Assembly: GCA_946612125.1 (NCBI GenBank)
Contig: CAMOEK010000001.1
Location: forward strand, 1 to 47,759
Source of the DNA: an uncultured Lachnospiraceae bacterium
GTDB lineage: Bacteria; Bacillota; Clostridia; Lachnospirales; Lachnospiraceae
Length of the DNA: 47,759 bases
Direction of reading: 5' to 3'
The notes beneath the pieces are model-generated. The model made no database searches. It was not told the DNA's origin and saw only the letters and a list, made by a program, of their open reading frames with translations. This document shows positions 28,105 through 38,397 of this stretch, piece after piece (positions within the stretch are counted from its first letter, which is position 1; each line of letters begins with the position of its first letter). Position numbers and translations under genes: made by a program.

Positions 28105-28662
28105 TTAAACGCGGCTCAAATACTCTCCGGTTCTGGTATCGATCTTGATCTTCTCACCTATCTCCACAAAGAGAGGTACGGAAACCTGTGCTCCGGTCTC
28201 AACAGTAGCGGGCTTGGAAGCGCCGGTAGCTGTATCACCCTTGAAGCCGGGCTCGGTATCGGTGATCTCCAGTTCTACGAACAGAGGAGGCTCGATAGCG
28301 AATACACTTCCGTTATGTGAGCAGACCTTAACCATCTCATTTTCCTTCACAAACTTGAGAGCATCGCCGATAGTCTCTTTGTTGAGAGCTACCTGCTCAT
28401 AGTTCTCTGTATCCATGAAGTTGAACAGATCTCCGTCTGAATAGAGATACTGCATTTCCTTTCTGTCTATGCGCGCCTGGGGACATTTTTCGGTAGGTCT
28501 GAATGTACGCTCAACAACGCCGCCATTCTTAATATCCTTGAGCTTGGTCCTGACAAAAGCTGCGCCCTTGCCGGGTTTTACGTGCTGAAACTCAACTATC
28601 TGATAAACGCTGTTGTCCAGCTCGATAGTCATACCATTCCTGAAATCACCTGCAGAAATCAT
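28105..28662 (-). CDS. efp: Elongation factor P
   Basis: [32 protein letters not shown]; AGGAGG RBS. Confidence 0.99.
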   Translation of the reverse strand: MISAGDFRNGMTIELDNSVYQIVEFQHVKPGKGAAFVRTKLKDIKNGGVVERTFRPTEKCPQARIDRKEMQYLYSDGDLFNFMDTENYEQVALNKETIGDALKFVKENEMVKVCSHNGSVFAIEPPLFVELEITDTEPGFKGDTATGASKPATVETGAQVSVPLFVEIGEKIKIDTRTGEYLSRV

Positions 28663-28707
28663 TAATACTTCCTCCTGGATTGTCTAACTTTTTACGAATA
28701 CCTGCAT

Positions 28708-28736
28708 AGTATAACCTATGGCAAGATTATTTTCAA
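28708..28736 (-). promoter_or_regulatory. efp promoter
   Basis: TTGAAA-17 bp-TATACT. Confidence 0.7.
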
Positions 28737-28755
28737 CTGTTTTTTTATCTACATA

Positions 28756-30849
28756 TTACTGCTCTACATCCTTCATGGAGAAGGTATATCTTCCCGGATT
28801 CTTGGGATCCTTGCCAAGGCAGATTACCTTAACCTCATCTCCTATCGCAAGCACATCCTCAACCTTGTCGATCCTGCGGTTGGCGATACGTGAAATATGT
28901 ACCATGCCTTCCTTGCCGGGAGCGAACTCTACGAAAGCGCCGAAGTCTTTGATGCTTACAACCTTGCCGGTGAAGATCTGGCCTTCTTCAAACTCGGTAA
29001 CGATGGTCTGGATCATCTTAACTGCATCATCCATAGCCTTGGGATCGGTGCCGCATACGCTGACTGCGCCGTCATCGGTGATGTCAACCTTAACACCTGT
29101 ACGCGCGATGATCTCGTTGATGGTCTTTCCTCTCTGGCCCACAACATCACCGATCTTTTCGGGATCGATGGTTATCTGGATGATCTTGGGAGCATACTCG
29201 TTAACAGTAGCTCTGGGAGCTGCTATAGCGGGCTTCATGCAGTTCTCCATGATGAAGAGTCTTGCATCACGGCAGCGTGCGATAGCACCCTCTACGATAG
29301 GTCTGGTAAGACCATGGATCTTGATATCCATCTGTATAGCGGTGATACCGTCCTTTGTACCGGTAACCTTAAAGTCCATATCTCCGAAGAAGTCCTCAAG
29401 GCCCTGGATATCGGTAAGCAGTACGAAATCATCATCGGTCTCGCCTGTTACCAGACCGCAGGAGATACCTGCAACCATCTTCTTGATGGGAACGCCTGCA
29501 GCCATAAGAGACATACAGGATGCACAGGTACTTGCCATTGAAGTGGAACCGTTGGATTCAAAGGTCTCACTTACGGTACGGATAGCATAAGGGAATTCCT
29601 CTTCACTGGGGATAACGGGGAGCAGAGCGCGCTCTGCCAGAGCACCGTGTCCTATCTCACGTCTTCCGGGTCCGCGGCTTACCTTGGTCTCACCAACGGA
29701 ATATGAAGGGAAATTATAATGATGTATATATCTCTTAGCCTTTACATTATCATCAAGTCCGTCAACCTTCTGTGCCTCAGAAAGAGGTGCCAGGGTACAT
29801 ACGTTGCAGATCTGGGTCTGTCCACGGGTAAACATTGCAGAACCGTGTACACGGGGTATGATATCAACCTCTGCTGCAAGCTTTCTGATCTGGGTAATCT
29901 CACGGCCGTCGGGACGCTTGTGATCTTTAAGGATCATCTTACGTACGGTCTTCTTCTCATACTGATAAAGAGCCTCGCCAAGAATAGCAAGCCATTCCTC
30001 ATTATCTGCAAAAGCTTCCTCAAGACGCTTCTGGATATTGGAGATGTTCTCCTCACGAACCTGCTTCTCATCAGTAAATACTGCTGTCTCCATCTCTGCG
30101 GGAGGAACGATCTCTTTCATCTTTGCAAAGAGTTCCTCGGGAACTGCGCAGCTCACATACTCATGCTTGGGCTTGCCAACCTCTGCAACGATCTGATTGA
30201 TCCAGTTGATTATCTTCTGGTTTACATCGTGAGCGGTATAGATAGCCTCGAGCATCTTGGACTCAGGGATCTCGTTTGCGCCTGCTTCGATCATGATAAC
30301 CTTCTGTGCGGTAGATGCAACAGTAAGCTTAAGGTCACCGGCTGCCCACTGCTCCTGGGTAGGGTTGATGATAAGCTCGCCGTTGATCATGCCCATCTGT
30401 GTCATAGCGCAGGGACCGTCAAAAGGAATATCGGAAATGCAGGTTGCGATCGCACTGCCCAGCATAGCTACAAGCTCGGGGCGGCATGCGGGATCAACGC
30501 TCATTACCAGATTATCAAGTGTAACATCATTTCTGTAATCCTTGGGGAATAAGGGACGCATGGGTCTGTCGATAACGCGGCTGGTAAGCACAGCGTTCTC
30601 CGATGCCTTTCCCTCTCTCTTATTAAAACCTCCGGGGATCTTTCCTACTGCATACATCTTCTCCTCATATTCAACAGAAAGGGGGAAGAAATCGATGCCG
30701 TCCCTGGGTTTTTCTGATGCTGTAGCAGTTGCAAGAACGGTGGTGTCACCGTAATGCATAAATGCTGCGCCGTTTGCCTGCGCGGATACTCTTCCGATAT
30801 CTACGGAAAGTGTTCTGCCGCCGACTTCAATACTGTAAGTCTTGTACAT
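28756..30849 (-). CDS. pnp: Polyribonucleotide nucleotidyltransferase (PNPase)
   Basis: DFFPLSVEYEE, IDRPMRPLFP, HGSAMFTRGQTQ, RREIGHGALA, GDMDFKVTG, KH and S1 domains. Confidence 0.99.
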   Translation of the reverse strand: MYKTYSIEVGGRTLSVDIGRVSAQANGAAFMHYGDTTVLATATASEKPRDGIDFFPLSVEYEEKMYAVGKIPGGFNKREGKASENAVLTSRVIDRPMRPLFPKDYRNDVTLDNLVMSVDPACRPELVAMLGSAIATCISDIPFDGPCAMTQMGMINGELIINPTQEQWAAGDLKLTVASTAQKVIMIEAGANEIPESKMLEAIYTAHDVNQKIINWINQIVAEVGKPKHEYVSCAVPEELFAKMKEIVPPAEMETAVFTDEKQVREENISNIQKRLEEAFADNEEWLAILGEALYQYEKKTVRKMILKDHKRPDGREITQIRKLAAEVDIIPRVHGSAMFTRGQTQICNVCTLAPLSEAQKVDGLDDNVKAKRYIHHYNFPSYSVGETKVSRGPGRREIGHGALAERALLPVIPSEEEFPYAIRTVSETFESNGSTSMASTCASCMSLMAAGVPIKKMVAGISCGLVTGETDDDFVLLTDIQGLEDFFGDMDFKVTGTKDGITAIQMDIKIHGLTRPIVEGAIARCRDARLFIMENCMKPAIAAPRATVNEYAPKIIQITIDPEKIGDVVGQRGKTINEIIARTGVKVDITDDGAVSVCGTDPKAMDDAVKMIQTIVTEFEEGQIFTGKVVSIKDFGAFVEFAPGKEGMVHISRIANRRIDKVEDVLAIGDEVKVICLGKDPKNPGRYTFSMKDVEQ

Positions 30850-30912
30850 ATTTCCTCTCTTTCCGGCTCTTTCGAGCCAATTTAGTGGTCATAAGACCGG
30901 GTTTAGGTTACA

Positions 30913-31001
30913 CCCGGGAGAGGATCGCCCCGAAAACACTGAACAATGTTCAAATCTTTTGAGCACTCTTCAGTGATCTCGTCGGCAGTTCCGTTCCCGG
31001 G
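30913..31001 (-). promoter_or_regulatory. Long hairpin in the pnp 5' leader (candidate RNase III site)
   Basis: Nested inverted repeats CCCGGGA/TCCCGGG, CACTGAA/TTCAGTG and TGTTCAAA/TTTGAGCA. Confidence 0.6.
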
Positions 31002-31004
31002 AAT

Positions 31005-31046
31005 TAAAGATAAAACGGACACGGAGCTTATAGTTCCGTATCCGTT
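31005..31046 (-). terminator. rpsO terminator
   Basis: AACGGATACGGAACT-ATA-AGCTCCGTGTCCGTT followed by a T-rich tail. Confidence 0.8.
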
Positions 31047-31059
31047 ATTCTTTTCCGGA

Positions 31060-31326
31060 TTACTTACGAAGGCCGAGTTTATCGATCAGTGCACGATATC
31101 TCTCGATGTCCTTCTCCATCAGGTAGTTCAGAAGACCACGGCGCTTACCGATAAGCATGTACATACCGCGGCGTGAGTGATGGTCAAGAGGGTGATCCTT
31201 AAGATGAGCTGTAAGCTCTTCTATTCTTGCGCTGAGAACCGCAACCTGTACCTCAGGTGAACCGGTATCTCCCTCTGTGCGCGCATACTCCTTCATGATT
31301 GCCTGCTTCTTCTCTGCTGAGATCAT
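31060..31326 (-). CDS. rpsO: 30S ribosomal protein S15
   Basis: [27 protein letters not shown]; canonical rpsO-pnp order. Confidence 0.99.
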   Translation of the reverse strand: MISAEKKQAIMKEYARTEGDTGSPEVQVAVLSARIEELTAHLKDHPLDHHSRRGMYMLIGKRRGLLNYLMEKDIERYRALIDKLGLRK

Positions 31327-31334
31327 TTAATTGT

Positions 31335-31400
31335 CCTCCTTATTATTATTCGGCCGTATCCGGGATGAGGGTCGGAGTTTCCCGCCTCTCAGACACGGTT
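31335..31400 (-). ncRNA. Firmicutes-type ribosomal protein S15 leader (cis-regulatory RNA)
   Basis: AACCGTGTCTG...CGGATACGG closing stem with internal GGG-AAAC-TCC and GAG/CTC elements, between the promoter and the AAGGAGG RBS. Confidence 0.7.
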
Positions 31401-31418
31401 AATCACACAACAGTCGAT

Positions 31419-31447
31419 ATTCTATCACAGCTGTTATTTTCTGTCAA
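31419..31447 (-). promoter_or_regulatory. rpsO promoter
   Basis: TTGACA-17 bp-TAGAAT with TG extension. Confidence 0.85.
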
Positions 31448-31452
31448 CCGTT

Positions 31453-32445
31453 TTACCTGGTAGTTCCGCGCTCCACCAGATATCCCTTGACCACCACATT
31501 TCCCTGGCGGTATTCGGGATCTTCGGTACGTTTCTTAATGATATTAATGCAATGATATATCATGGAATCTATATCCACATGCCAGGTTGTAAGTTCCACG
31601 CCTTCCACCACATACTCGGCATGATCGTCAAAACCGGTTACCGCAATATTATCGGGGACCTTATAGCCATACTTCTGCAGCGTCTCTATCAGTCTGAACG
31701 CCGCCTCATCACTGCTGCAGAGGAAAGCTTCAGGCATATCCACCGGCAGATGCATTTCTATAAAATTACCCTTTTTATCCCTGTCGGGAAGTATCCATCT
31801 GTTTATGATCTCGATATCCTTTGCCAGGAGATACTTCATAAAACCCATAAGCCTGTCCAGAATGGAACGCGTGGCCTTGTAGCTTCCCACAAAAGCTATC
31901 CTTCTGTATCCCCTTTTCACCAGATAACCGGTCAGGGCATAAGCGCCGTTGATATTATCTCCGGTAATTGCATCAACATCAAATTCTTCATTCAGGAAAT
32001 CAAAGAATATGAGTTTGACTCCGGTACCGAGCACTTTCTCGATATACCCCGGTCTCATCTCTCCGATCATAACGCATTGCGAAGCAACATCCTTATTCAG
32101 GGATACCGGAAGTATTCCCTCTTCCTCGCTTTCCCTGCGCACGATCTCAAGTATTCCGATATAGCCGGCCGCCGAAAGCTCCATAACCATTTTCTGGTAT
32201 ATCTTTGCATAAAACGATCTTTCGGAAACATAGCGCTCCGCCACCAGTATAACGACGGAAACGCCGCTGCCCTTCTGCGCATTTTTCCTGTAACTGCCCT
32301 GATAGCCCAGTTCCTTCGCTTTGTCAACGATCTTTGCCCTCAGATCGTCCGACATGCCCTCTTTGCCTGCAAGCGCCTTAGACACAGTCACTATGCTGAC
32401 TCCCAGTTCCCCGGCTATATCTTTCATTGTAACCTGTTTTGTCAT
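31453..32445 (-). CDS. LacI-family transcriptional regulator
   Basis: VTMKDIAGELGVSIVTVSKAL HTH; VPDNIAVTGFDD; LVERGT. Confidence 0.95.
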   Translation of the reverse strand: MTKQVTMKDIAGELGVSIVTVSKALAGKEGMSDDLRAKIVDKAKELGYQGSYRKNAQKGSGVSVVILVAERYVSERSFYAKIYQKMVMELSAAGYIGILEIVRRESEEEGILPVSLNKDVASQCVMIGEMRPGYIEKVLGTGVKLIFFDFLNEEFDVDAITGDNINGAYALTGYLVKRGYRRIAFVGSYKATRSILDRLMGFMKYLLAKDIEIINRWILPDRDKKGNFIEMHLPVDMPEAFLCSSDEAAFRLIETLQKYGYKVPDNIAVTGFDDHAEYVVEGVELTTWHVDIDSMIYHCINIIKKRTEDPEYRQGNVVVKGYLVERGTTR

Positions 32446-32516
32446 CCGCATCCCCCTTAATCCCCAAAAGTGATCCTATCCAAAGAAATCGAAAACAGTG
32501 TTCTTATTCAGTCTGT

Positions 32517-33917
32517 TTAAAACGTAAACTTATCAGCAAAGAAAGCTTCCAGATCATCGATAGCTATTCTCTCCTGCTCCATGGAATCACGGAAACGCAC
32601 GGTTACCTTGTGATCCTCTTCGGAATCGAAATCATATGTGATGCAGAAAGGAGTACCTATCTCGTCCTGACGGCGGTAACGCTTTCCTATGGTTCCCCTG
32701 TCATCAAACTCGCAATAGTATTTCTTTGAAAGCTGTCTGAAGATCTTCTCTGCGCCCTCATTAAGCTTCTTTGAGAGAGGCAGCACACCGATCTTTACGG
32801 GTGCTATAGCCGGATGGAAATGAAGTACCGTACGCACATCAGGCTTTTCGGGAGTACCCAGATCCTCTTCATCATAAGCTGCGCAAAGGAAAGCCAGCAC
32901 CATACGGTCAGCTCCCAATGAAGGCTCAATTACATAAGGGATATACTTTTCATTCTTGCTCTCATCAAAATATGTCATATCCTGTTTGGATACATTCTGA
33001 TGCTGGGTAAGATCGTAATCCGTACGGTCTGCAATACCCCAGAGCTCACCCCAGCCGATGGTAGGGAAGAGATATTCGATATCCTGCGTACCCTTTGAAT
33101 AGAATGCCAGCTCTTCGGGATCATGCTCGCGGAAACGAAGTTCCTCTTCCTTCATGCCAAGCGAAAGCAGCCAGTCCTTGCAGAACTTCTTCCAATACTC
33201 ATACCACTCAAGGTCAGTACCGGGTTCGCAGAAGAATTCAAGCTCCATCTGCTCAAACTCGCGGGTACGGAAAGTAAAGTTTCCGGGAGTTATCTCATTA
33301 CGGAAACTCTTACCTATCTGGCCGATACCAAAAGGAATATTTCTTCTTGATGTACGCTGTACATTCTTAAAGTTAACAAATATACCCTGTGCGGTCTCGG
33401 GGCGCAGATAAACGGTTGCAGATGCATCCTCTGTAACGCCCTGGAAAGTCTTGAACATCAGGTTGAACTGTCTGATATCGGTAAAGTTATGCTTGCCGCA
33501 GTTGGGGCAGGCTATGGAATTCTCTTTGATGAAGTTCATCATCTTATCAGCATCCCAGCCATCAACACTGCTCTCAAGAGTCACGCCGTTATCATGAGCC
33601 CAGTCATCGATCACCTTGTCTGCGCGGAAACGCTCGTGGCATTCCTTGCAATCCATCAGAGGATCGGAGAAACTGCTCAGATGGCCGCTGGCGATCCAGG
33701 TCTGGGGATTCATCAGTATCGCGCAGTCAACACCCACATTATAAGGATTCTCCTGCACGAATTTCTGCCACCATGCGCGCTTCACATTATTCTTTAACTC
33801 TACACCCAGGTTTCCGTAATCCCAGGTATTTGCAAGGCCTCCGTATATTTCCGATCCGGGATAGATAAAGCCCCTTCCCTTGCAAAGGTTTTTGATCTTG
33901 TCAAGTGTCTTTTCCAT
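32517..33917 (-). CDS. glyQS: Glycine--tRNA ligase (homodimeric alpha2 type)
   Basis: [58 protein letters not shown]. Confidence 0.98.
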   Translation of the reverse strand: MEKTLDKIKNLCKGRGFIYPGSEIYGGLANTWDYGNLGVELKNNVKRAWWQKFVQENPYNVGVDCAILMNPQTWIASGHLSSFSDPLMDCKECHERFRADKVIDDWAHDNGVTLESSVDGWDADKMMNFIKENSIACPNCGKHNFTDIRQFNLMFKTFQGVTEDASATVYLRPETAQGIFVNFKNVQRTSRRNIPFGIGQIGKSFRNEITPGNFTFRTREFEQMELEFFCEPGTDLEWYEYWKKFCKDWLLSLGMKEEELRFREHDPEELAFYSKGTQDIEYLFPTIGWGELWGIADRTDYDLTQHQNVSKQDMTYFDESKNEKYIPYVIEPSLGADRMVLAFLCAAYDEEDLGTPEKPDVRTVLHFHPAIAPVKIGVLPLSKKLNEGAEKIFRQLSKKYYCEFDDRGTIGKRYRRQDEIGTPFCITYDFDSEEDHKVTVRFRDSMEQERIAIDDLEAFFADKFTF

Positions 33918-33932
33918 GTTACTCCTCCTGTT

Positions 33933-34529
33933 TCAATAAATTATTATATAAGTCCCGTCCTCTGAAGCCTCCACCGTCTTTGCATCGGTCTGCTTCATGC
34001 TCTGGGTATAAAACTTAACCGCCGAAGGCATCCTTATTCTTCCGTGCCCCGTAAATATCATGATCTTTTTGTCAGCCATGTTCATCAGATCATTCTTTCC
34101 TATAACATGTTCGGGCTGCTGCGTATAGGCAAGCGCGCAGTCCAGATCATATCCATTATCATAAGCCTCCTGCACCGTTCCTGTAAAGAGGGAATAAGGC
34201 ATATATGCATCATAATCCTTAACCGATGCAAAATGAAGATATACGCAGATATTGTTTCCGATCCGTTCCGAACCCGTCACACTGATGCACTCTGCGCCTT
34301 TTGACGCATTATATGCCGCAAGCTCCTTATTTATATATTCCATGAGCTCGCTCTCATTATAATAGTTTTTAGAGAAATCATCCAGCAGCGCAGCCTCCAC
34401 ACTTCCATCCGAAGATAAGGAGAAACTGCCCAGATCATTTCCCGGTTCCGAATATCCGTCTTCGCAGCCCGTCAGCATCAACACCGCTCCCATCATAGCT
34501 GCGATCTTAGCAATAGCTTTTGATGCCAT
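33933..34529 (-). CDS. Hypothetical lipoprotein
   Basis: Lipobox LTGC; directly abuts the stop of the upstream protease gene. Confidence 0.8.
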   Translation of the reverse strand: MASKAIAKIAAMMGAVLMLTGCEDGYSEPGNDLGSFSLSSDGSVEAALLDDFSKNYYNESELMEYINKELAAYNASKGAECISVTGSERIGNNICVYLHFASVKDYDAYMPYSLFTGTVQEAYDNGYDLDCALAYTQQPEHVIGKNDLMNMADKKIMIFTGHGRIRMPSAVKFYTQSMKQTDAKTVEASEDGTYIIIY

Positions 34530-37433
34530 TTATCCCTGTTCAGCCTCCGTGATCTTAACTTTTATCCTGACCTTTTTTCCGTTTATCTTAGATACGATCT
34601 TTGCCTTACCGGCCTTAAGCGCATGAACATTTCCTTCTTCATCCGCATAAACCTTTAGAGGATCCGAGCTCTTAAACACAAGCGGCTGATACAGCACTCC
34701 GTTATCCGCGTCAATATCAAGCTTTATTTCTTCGCCCTCTTTAATGTTCAGCACATAATCAAAATCCTTTTCCCGGTGAAGTGCAGCATCCGTCTGAAGC
34801 AGCGGGCATTCCGAATATACCCTGAAGACAAAGTCAAAACCTGCCCCTTCCACCTTATACGGGGAATAGCTGCACTTTATCACACATTCGCCTCTTCCGA
34901 CAGTCTTTATCTTTCCGTTCGCCCAAAGCTTAAGCACGCCGTTATTTTCTTCAATATTCCATTCGGCGCTGTTTTTCTTCACTCCGGGGATCTTTATCTT
35001 CCTGCTCTGCCCAAGATTCAGATATATCTCCTTTTCCTGAGGCTCCGCAACCGTAACGCTTATCTTAACTCCGTTACTGCATACCAGATTCGTTTCGCCC
35101 ACGCCGATAGCCGTCATCTTCCCAAAACGGCTGATATATACAACGCTGTCAGCATAAGCTTTTCCCGCCCCGTAAGGCTTCATATCCCGGTCAGAGGTCC
35201 AGCTTGCATTCTTAAACGAATAACCGGACAGGGAAAGCTTAATACTCTGCATCGGTGAAAGCTCGATCTCATCTGCTTTGCTCTTAAGCGTTACCTGCTT
35301 TTCGTTTTTCTGAACTTTGATATTTGTCTTTACCACTTTCGAAGATATAACGGCATAGACCGTAGCCCCGCCTTCCATGTTCGCCGTAATAACTCCGTCT
35401 TCCAGTTTTATAACATTAGGATCCGAACTGTAATAATACACCGGATAAGATTCTCTTACGTCAGAGCCGTCAATGCATACAAAGAAAAGATCATCCGCCT
35501 TTAAGCTGTCCCCCTCATTCATAAGATAACTCTTTTTTGAGAAATGCGGTTCACTGACACATACTTCATATTCTTGTCCGCTCATATTCTTTAATACGGT
35601 CCTTCCGGCTTTTTTTGCCGTCAGGACGCCGCCGCTGTACCTGAGTATATTCTTATTTTCGATCTGCCAGTCTTTATCCTGCAGCGTAAAACTCTGCCCC
35701 TTGACCATAAACAGAGTATCACCGCTCATATCAGGAACAGAGCAGAAGGCTGATATATCCGTAACCGGATCCGGTCCGGGGTCGGGGATCGGCCCATAAT
35801 AATCCGAAGTCAGGGCATTGATGACAAAATTGCTGCGCTTTGATGTTGCAGATGAATTCAGTATATCCTTCCACTGCATACCGTCATCGGAATAATAACT
35901 CTGTCCTGCACCGCAGCCCACCTCATAGGCGATACCGTTGGATCTTGAATAAGCTCTTTCATATACTATTGATTTATTATCATTTCTCTTTATGACTACA
36001 GCGAAGCTCTCTCCTGCCTTAACGATAACGCTTTCCTTAAGATCGATGGTATACTTCCCGTCCAGATAGATCATAGCCGAAGTAGTGGCGTTTTCAACCT
36101 TCTTTCCGGATGACGGTCCCTTTTTGGGATCGACCGATTTATAAATACTTATCTCTATTCCGGTGCCGTCTTCGGAAAGGCCAAATGCATCAAAGCTTAC
36201 CGCTTTTATCTCTTCATAATCCGCGCCGCTGCATGCTTTATAAACATTTGCGCTGTACGGAACGGTTATATAACTCTTCGAATGTATCTGTGAAGTATAG
36301 AAATAATTATTCGCCGGAATATCTTCGGGCTTGACTATCTCAAATACCCATGCTGATTTCTGAACTGAGCCGTTGGGCATGGATAAGCTTGTGTCTTCAT
36401 AGGATATCCAAAAGTAATTATTATAGCTCAATACTTCATCGCCGAAATTCCAGCTGTTACGCACCAGCCATGCGCCGTTATTCTCAGGTAATGTGTCGGA
36501 CACGGGTTTGAAATATTCTCTCGGGAAGTCATCATCCCAGCCTACAAGGCAGACAGCATGATTGGTATTAACATTGGAATTTCCGTAATAACAATTATGT
36601 TCGCTGTTATAATAAGCATTAGTTGCGAAGAACGATACGCCCACTGCGCCGTTTTCCCGGATGAACTGCTTGATCACCCCTTTATTGTCTATATTTATCT
36701 CCATGGCATTTTTAAGGCGGACCACAGAAGAGTATTCTATGCCTTCGGGAGCATAAAGCCCCGAATTCATCTGCGTGGCATAGGTATACGGAAGCATATC
36801 CTCCGATACTGCTCCACGCCCGTTCATCAATGTCTGGGATGCAAAATCAAGATTCCCCCCGCAGTCCACTATTCCCTGACTGCCGGTATAGCTGATCGTA
36901 TCTCCGGTATCACCTGCTATCGAAGGCGTTCCCTGTCTGTAGCAATAATAAACCGTATGCAGCTCTGAAAGATCTATATCTGTTCCTCTGTCCGTAAGGC
37001 CGTGATTTATCATATAGAATTCACTGAGCGCCATAGCCGAGTGCACCCAGCAGCTGCCATAAGGATTCTGATTTCTGTTTACCGGATACCTCTCAGTAAA
37101 ATAAGCAGCGATATTTTCGCTCTCCGTATGTGCATAGGGAAAATTGCTGCTCACTGCCTCACTTTGGGCAGTATAAGAAGCCGTATGCAAACCGCTGCCG
37201 GCATCCATCCCGCTTTTTATAAGTTCAAAACTGATATCATCATTAACTCTGGTAACAGCGCCCTTTCCGGGGATCTCAAAATAGTCGCCTTCCTCTTCCC
37301 CCGAGCCCTGCTCTTCATCGATAAAATAATCTTCCTCTCCGGCTTCGGCAAAAGGGACGCCAAAATAAGCTCCCGACACGATCCATATTCCCAGGATCAT
37401 CGACATCAGCTTAACAAGCCCTGATCTTTTCAT
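34530..37433 (-). CDS. Secreted papain-family (C1A) cysteine protease with lectin-like domain and C-terminal Ig-like (Big_2-type) repeats
   Basis: Signal peptide; RNQNPYGSCW (Gln/Cys), NHAVCLVGWDD (His), WLVRNSW (Asn), YFWISYED; PIPDPGPDP linker; repeated xSSDP...G.I.A...G motifs. Confidence 0.92.
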   Translation of the reverse strand: MKRSGLVKLMSMILGIWIVSGAYFGVPFAEAGEEDYFIDEEQGSGEEEGDYFEIPGKGAVTRVNDDISFELIKSGMDAGSGLHTASYTAQSEAVSSNFPYAHTESENIAAYFTERYPVNRNQNPYGSCWVHSAMALSEFYMINHGLTDRGTDIDLSELHTVYYCYRQGTPSIAGDTGDTISYTGSQGIVDCGGNLDFASQTLMNGRGAVSEDMLPYTYATQMNSGLYAPEGIEYSSVVRLKNAMEINIDNKGVIKQFIRENGAVGVSFFATNAYYNSEHNCYYGNSNVNTNHAVCLVGWDDDFPREYFKPVSDTLPENNGAWLVRNSWNFGDEVLSYNNYFWISYEDTSLSMPNGSVQKSAWVFEIVKPEDIPANNYFYTSQIHSKSYITVPYSANVYKACSGADYEEIKAVSFDAFGLSEDGTGIEISIYKSVDPKKGPSSGKKVENATTSAMIYLDGKYTIDLKESVIVKAGESFAVVIKRNDNKSIVYERAYSRSNGIAYEVGCGAGQSYYSDDGMQWKDILNSSATSKRSNFVINALTSDYYGPIPDPGPDPVTDISAFCSVPDMSGDTLFMVKGQSFTLQDKDWQIENKNILRYSGGVLTAKKAGRTVLKNMSGQEYEVCVSEPHFSKKSYLMNEGDSLKADDLFFVCIDGSDVRESYPVYYYSSDPNVIKLEDGVITANMEGGATVYAVISSKVVKTNIKVQKNEKQVTLKSKADEIELSPMQSIKLSLSGYSFKNASWTSDRDMKPYGAGKAYADSVVYISRFGKMTAIGVGETNLVCSNGVKISVTVAEPQEKEIYLNLGQSRKIKIPGVKKNSAEWNIEENNGVLKLWANGKIKTVGRGECVIKCSYSPYKVEGAGFDFVFRVYSECPLLQTDAALHREKDFDYVLNIKEGEEIKLDIDADNGVLYQPLVFKSSDPLKVYADEEGNVHALKAGKAKIVSKINGKKVRIKVKITEAEQG

Positions 37434-37477
37434 AAAACCTCACCTCAAAAAATAATGCGTTAATTATAATGTCAGCA

Positions 37478-38395
37478 TCATGTTTTAGCAATAAATTCTT
37501 TATGCGAAAAGCGCTCGAAATCTCCCCCGGTCTGCGGAAAGATAAGTTTGTACGCCCTTAGATACTGAGTTTTTTTTCCTTTATGGGGGTGTCCGCCGTA
37601 TTTGATATCGCCGGCCAGCGGATGTCCGATCGAAGCCAGATGCGCCCTTATCTGGTGAGACTTTCCCGTAAACAGTTCAACCTCCAGCAGTGTATATCCG
37701 CCTCTTTGCTCCAGGACACGATATCCGGTTTTTACATAAGCATTGTTGTTTCCGATAATACCATTATGTTTACCGAGTGGGTCAATCCGGACGATATTAT
37801 TCTTTTCGTCCTTACGCCATATACCTTCCAGGACTGCTTCGCCTTCCATCCTGCCCTCTGCAAGAGCCAGATAAAACTTTCGCAAACCGCGGTCTTTGAT
37901 CACATCAGAGAGAAAGCGGCTTCCGGCGTAGGTCTTCGCGCATAAAAGAAGTCCCGATGTATTACGGTCCAGTCTGTTGCAGACCGAAGGCCTGAAAGCC
38001 TCTCCTGTATCAGCATTTCCTGCGCAATAAGCTCCCAGCCAGTCATTAATGCTTTTTTCCCCGCTTTTGTCCGACTGGCTCAGGATTCCCTCGGGCTTAT
38101 CTATTATCAATACATCCCGGTCCTCATAAACAATATCAATTTCCGGCCCTTCCCACGACGCTTTTTCTGTTTCGCCGCCGCGCATCTTTTCGAAGGTTTC
38201 ATCCGAAAAGAAAAGCTTTATAACATCACCTTCGGATAAGATATTACTGCCGTCCGATCTGCCCCCGTTCAAAGTGATGTTCTTTTTTCTTAACATCTTG
38301 TATATAAAGCCGCTTCCGGCTGCAGAGAGGTATTTTTTCAGATACTTATCCAGTCGCTGTCCGGCTTCTTTTTTTTCTATCTTTATTTCCTTCAT
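37478..38395 (-). CDS. RluA-family pseudouridine synthase with S4 domain
   Basis: GQRLDKYL, DKPEG, NRLDRNTSG (catalytic Asp), TGKSHQIRAH, GDIKYG. Confidence 0.95.
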   Translation of the reverse strand: MKEIKIEKKEAGQRLDKYLKKYLSAAGSGFIYKMLRKKNITLNGGRSDGSNILSEGDVIKLFFSDETFEKMRGGETEKASWEGPEIDIVYEDRDVLIIDKPEGILSQSDKSGEKSINDWLGAYCAGNADTGEAFRPSVCNRLDRNTSGLLLCAKTYAGSRFLSDVIKDRGLRKFYLALAEGRMEGEAVLEGIWRKDEKNNIVRIDPLGKHNGIIGNNNAYVKTGYRVLEQRGGYTLLEVELFTGKSHQIRAHLASIGHPLAGDIKYGGHPHKGKKTQYLRAYKLIFPQTGGDFERFSHKEFIAKT

Positions 38396-38397
38396 TC

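Noticed and set aside
28718-30552. Long plus-strand ORFs (290, 214 and 277 aa) opposite pnp
   Set aside because: Antisense shadows of a highly expressed, codon-biased gene; no RBS or recognisable motifs
30940-30952. TGAACAATGTTCA palindrome as a LexA box
   Set aside because: The spacer is 3 nt rather than 4, and the sequence is better explained as part of the pnp leader hairpin
31552-32460. 302-aa plus-strand ORF opposite the LacI gene; likewise 9948..10745, 13674..14291 and 43857..44474
   Set aside because: Each lies essentially within a well-supported minus-strand gene and has His/Ile/Leu-rich antisense composition
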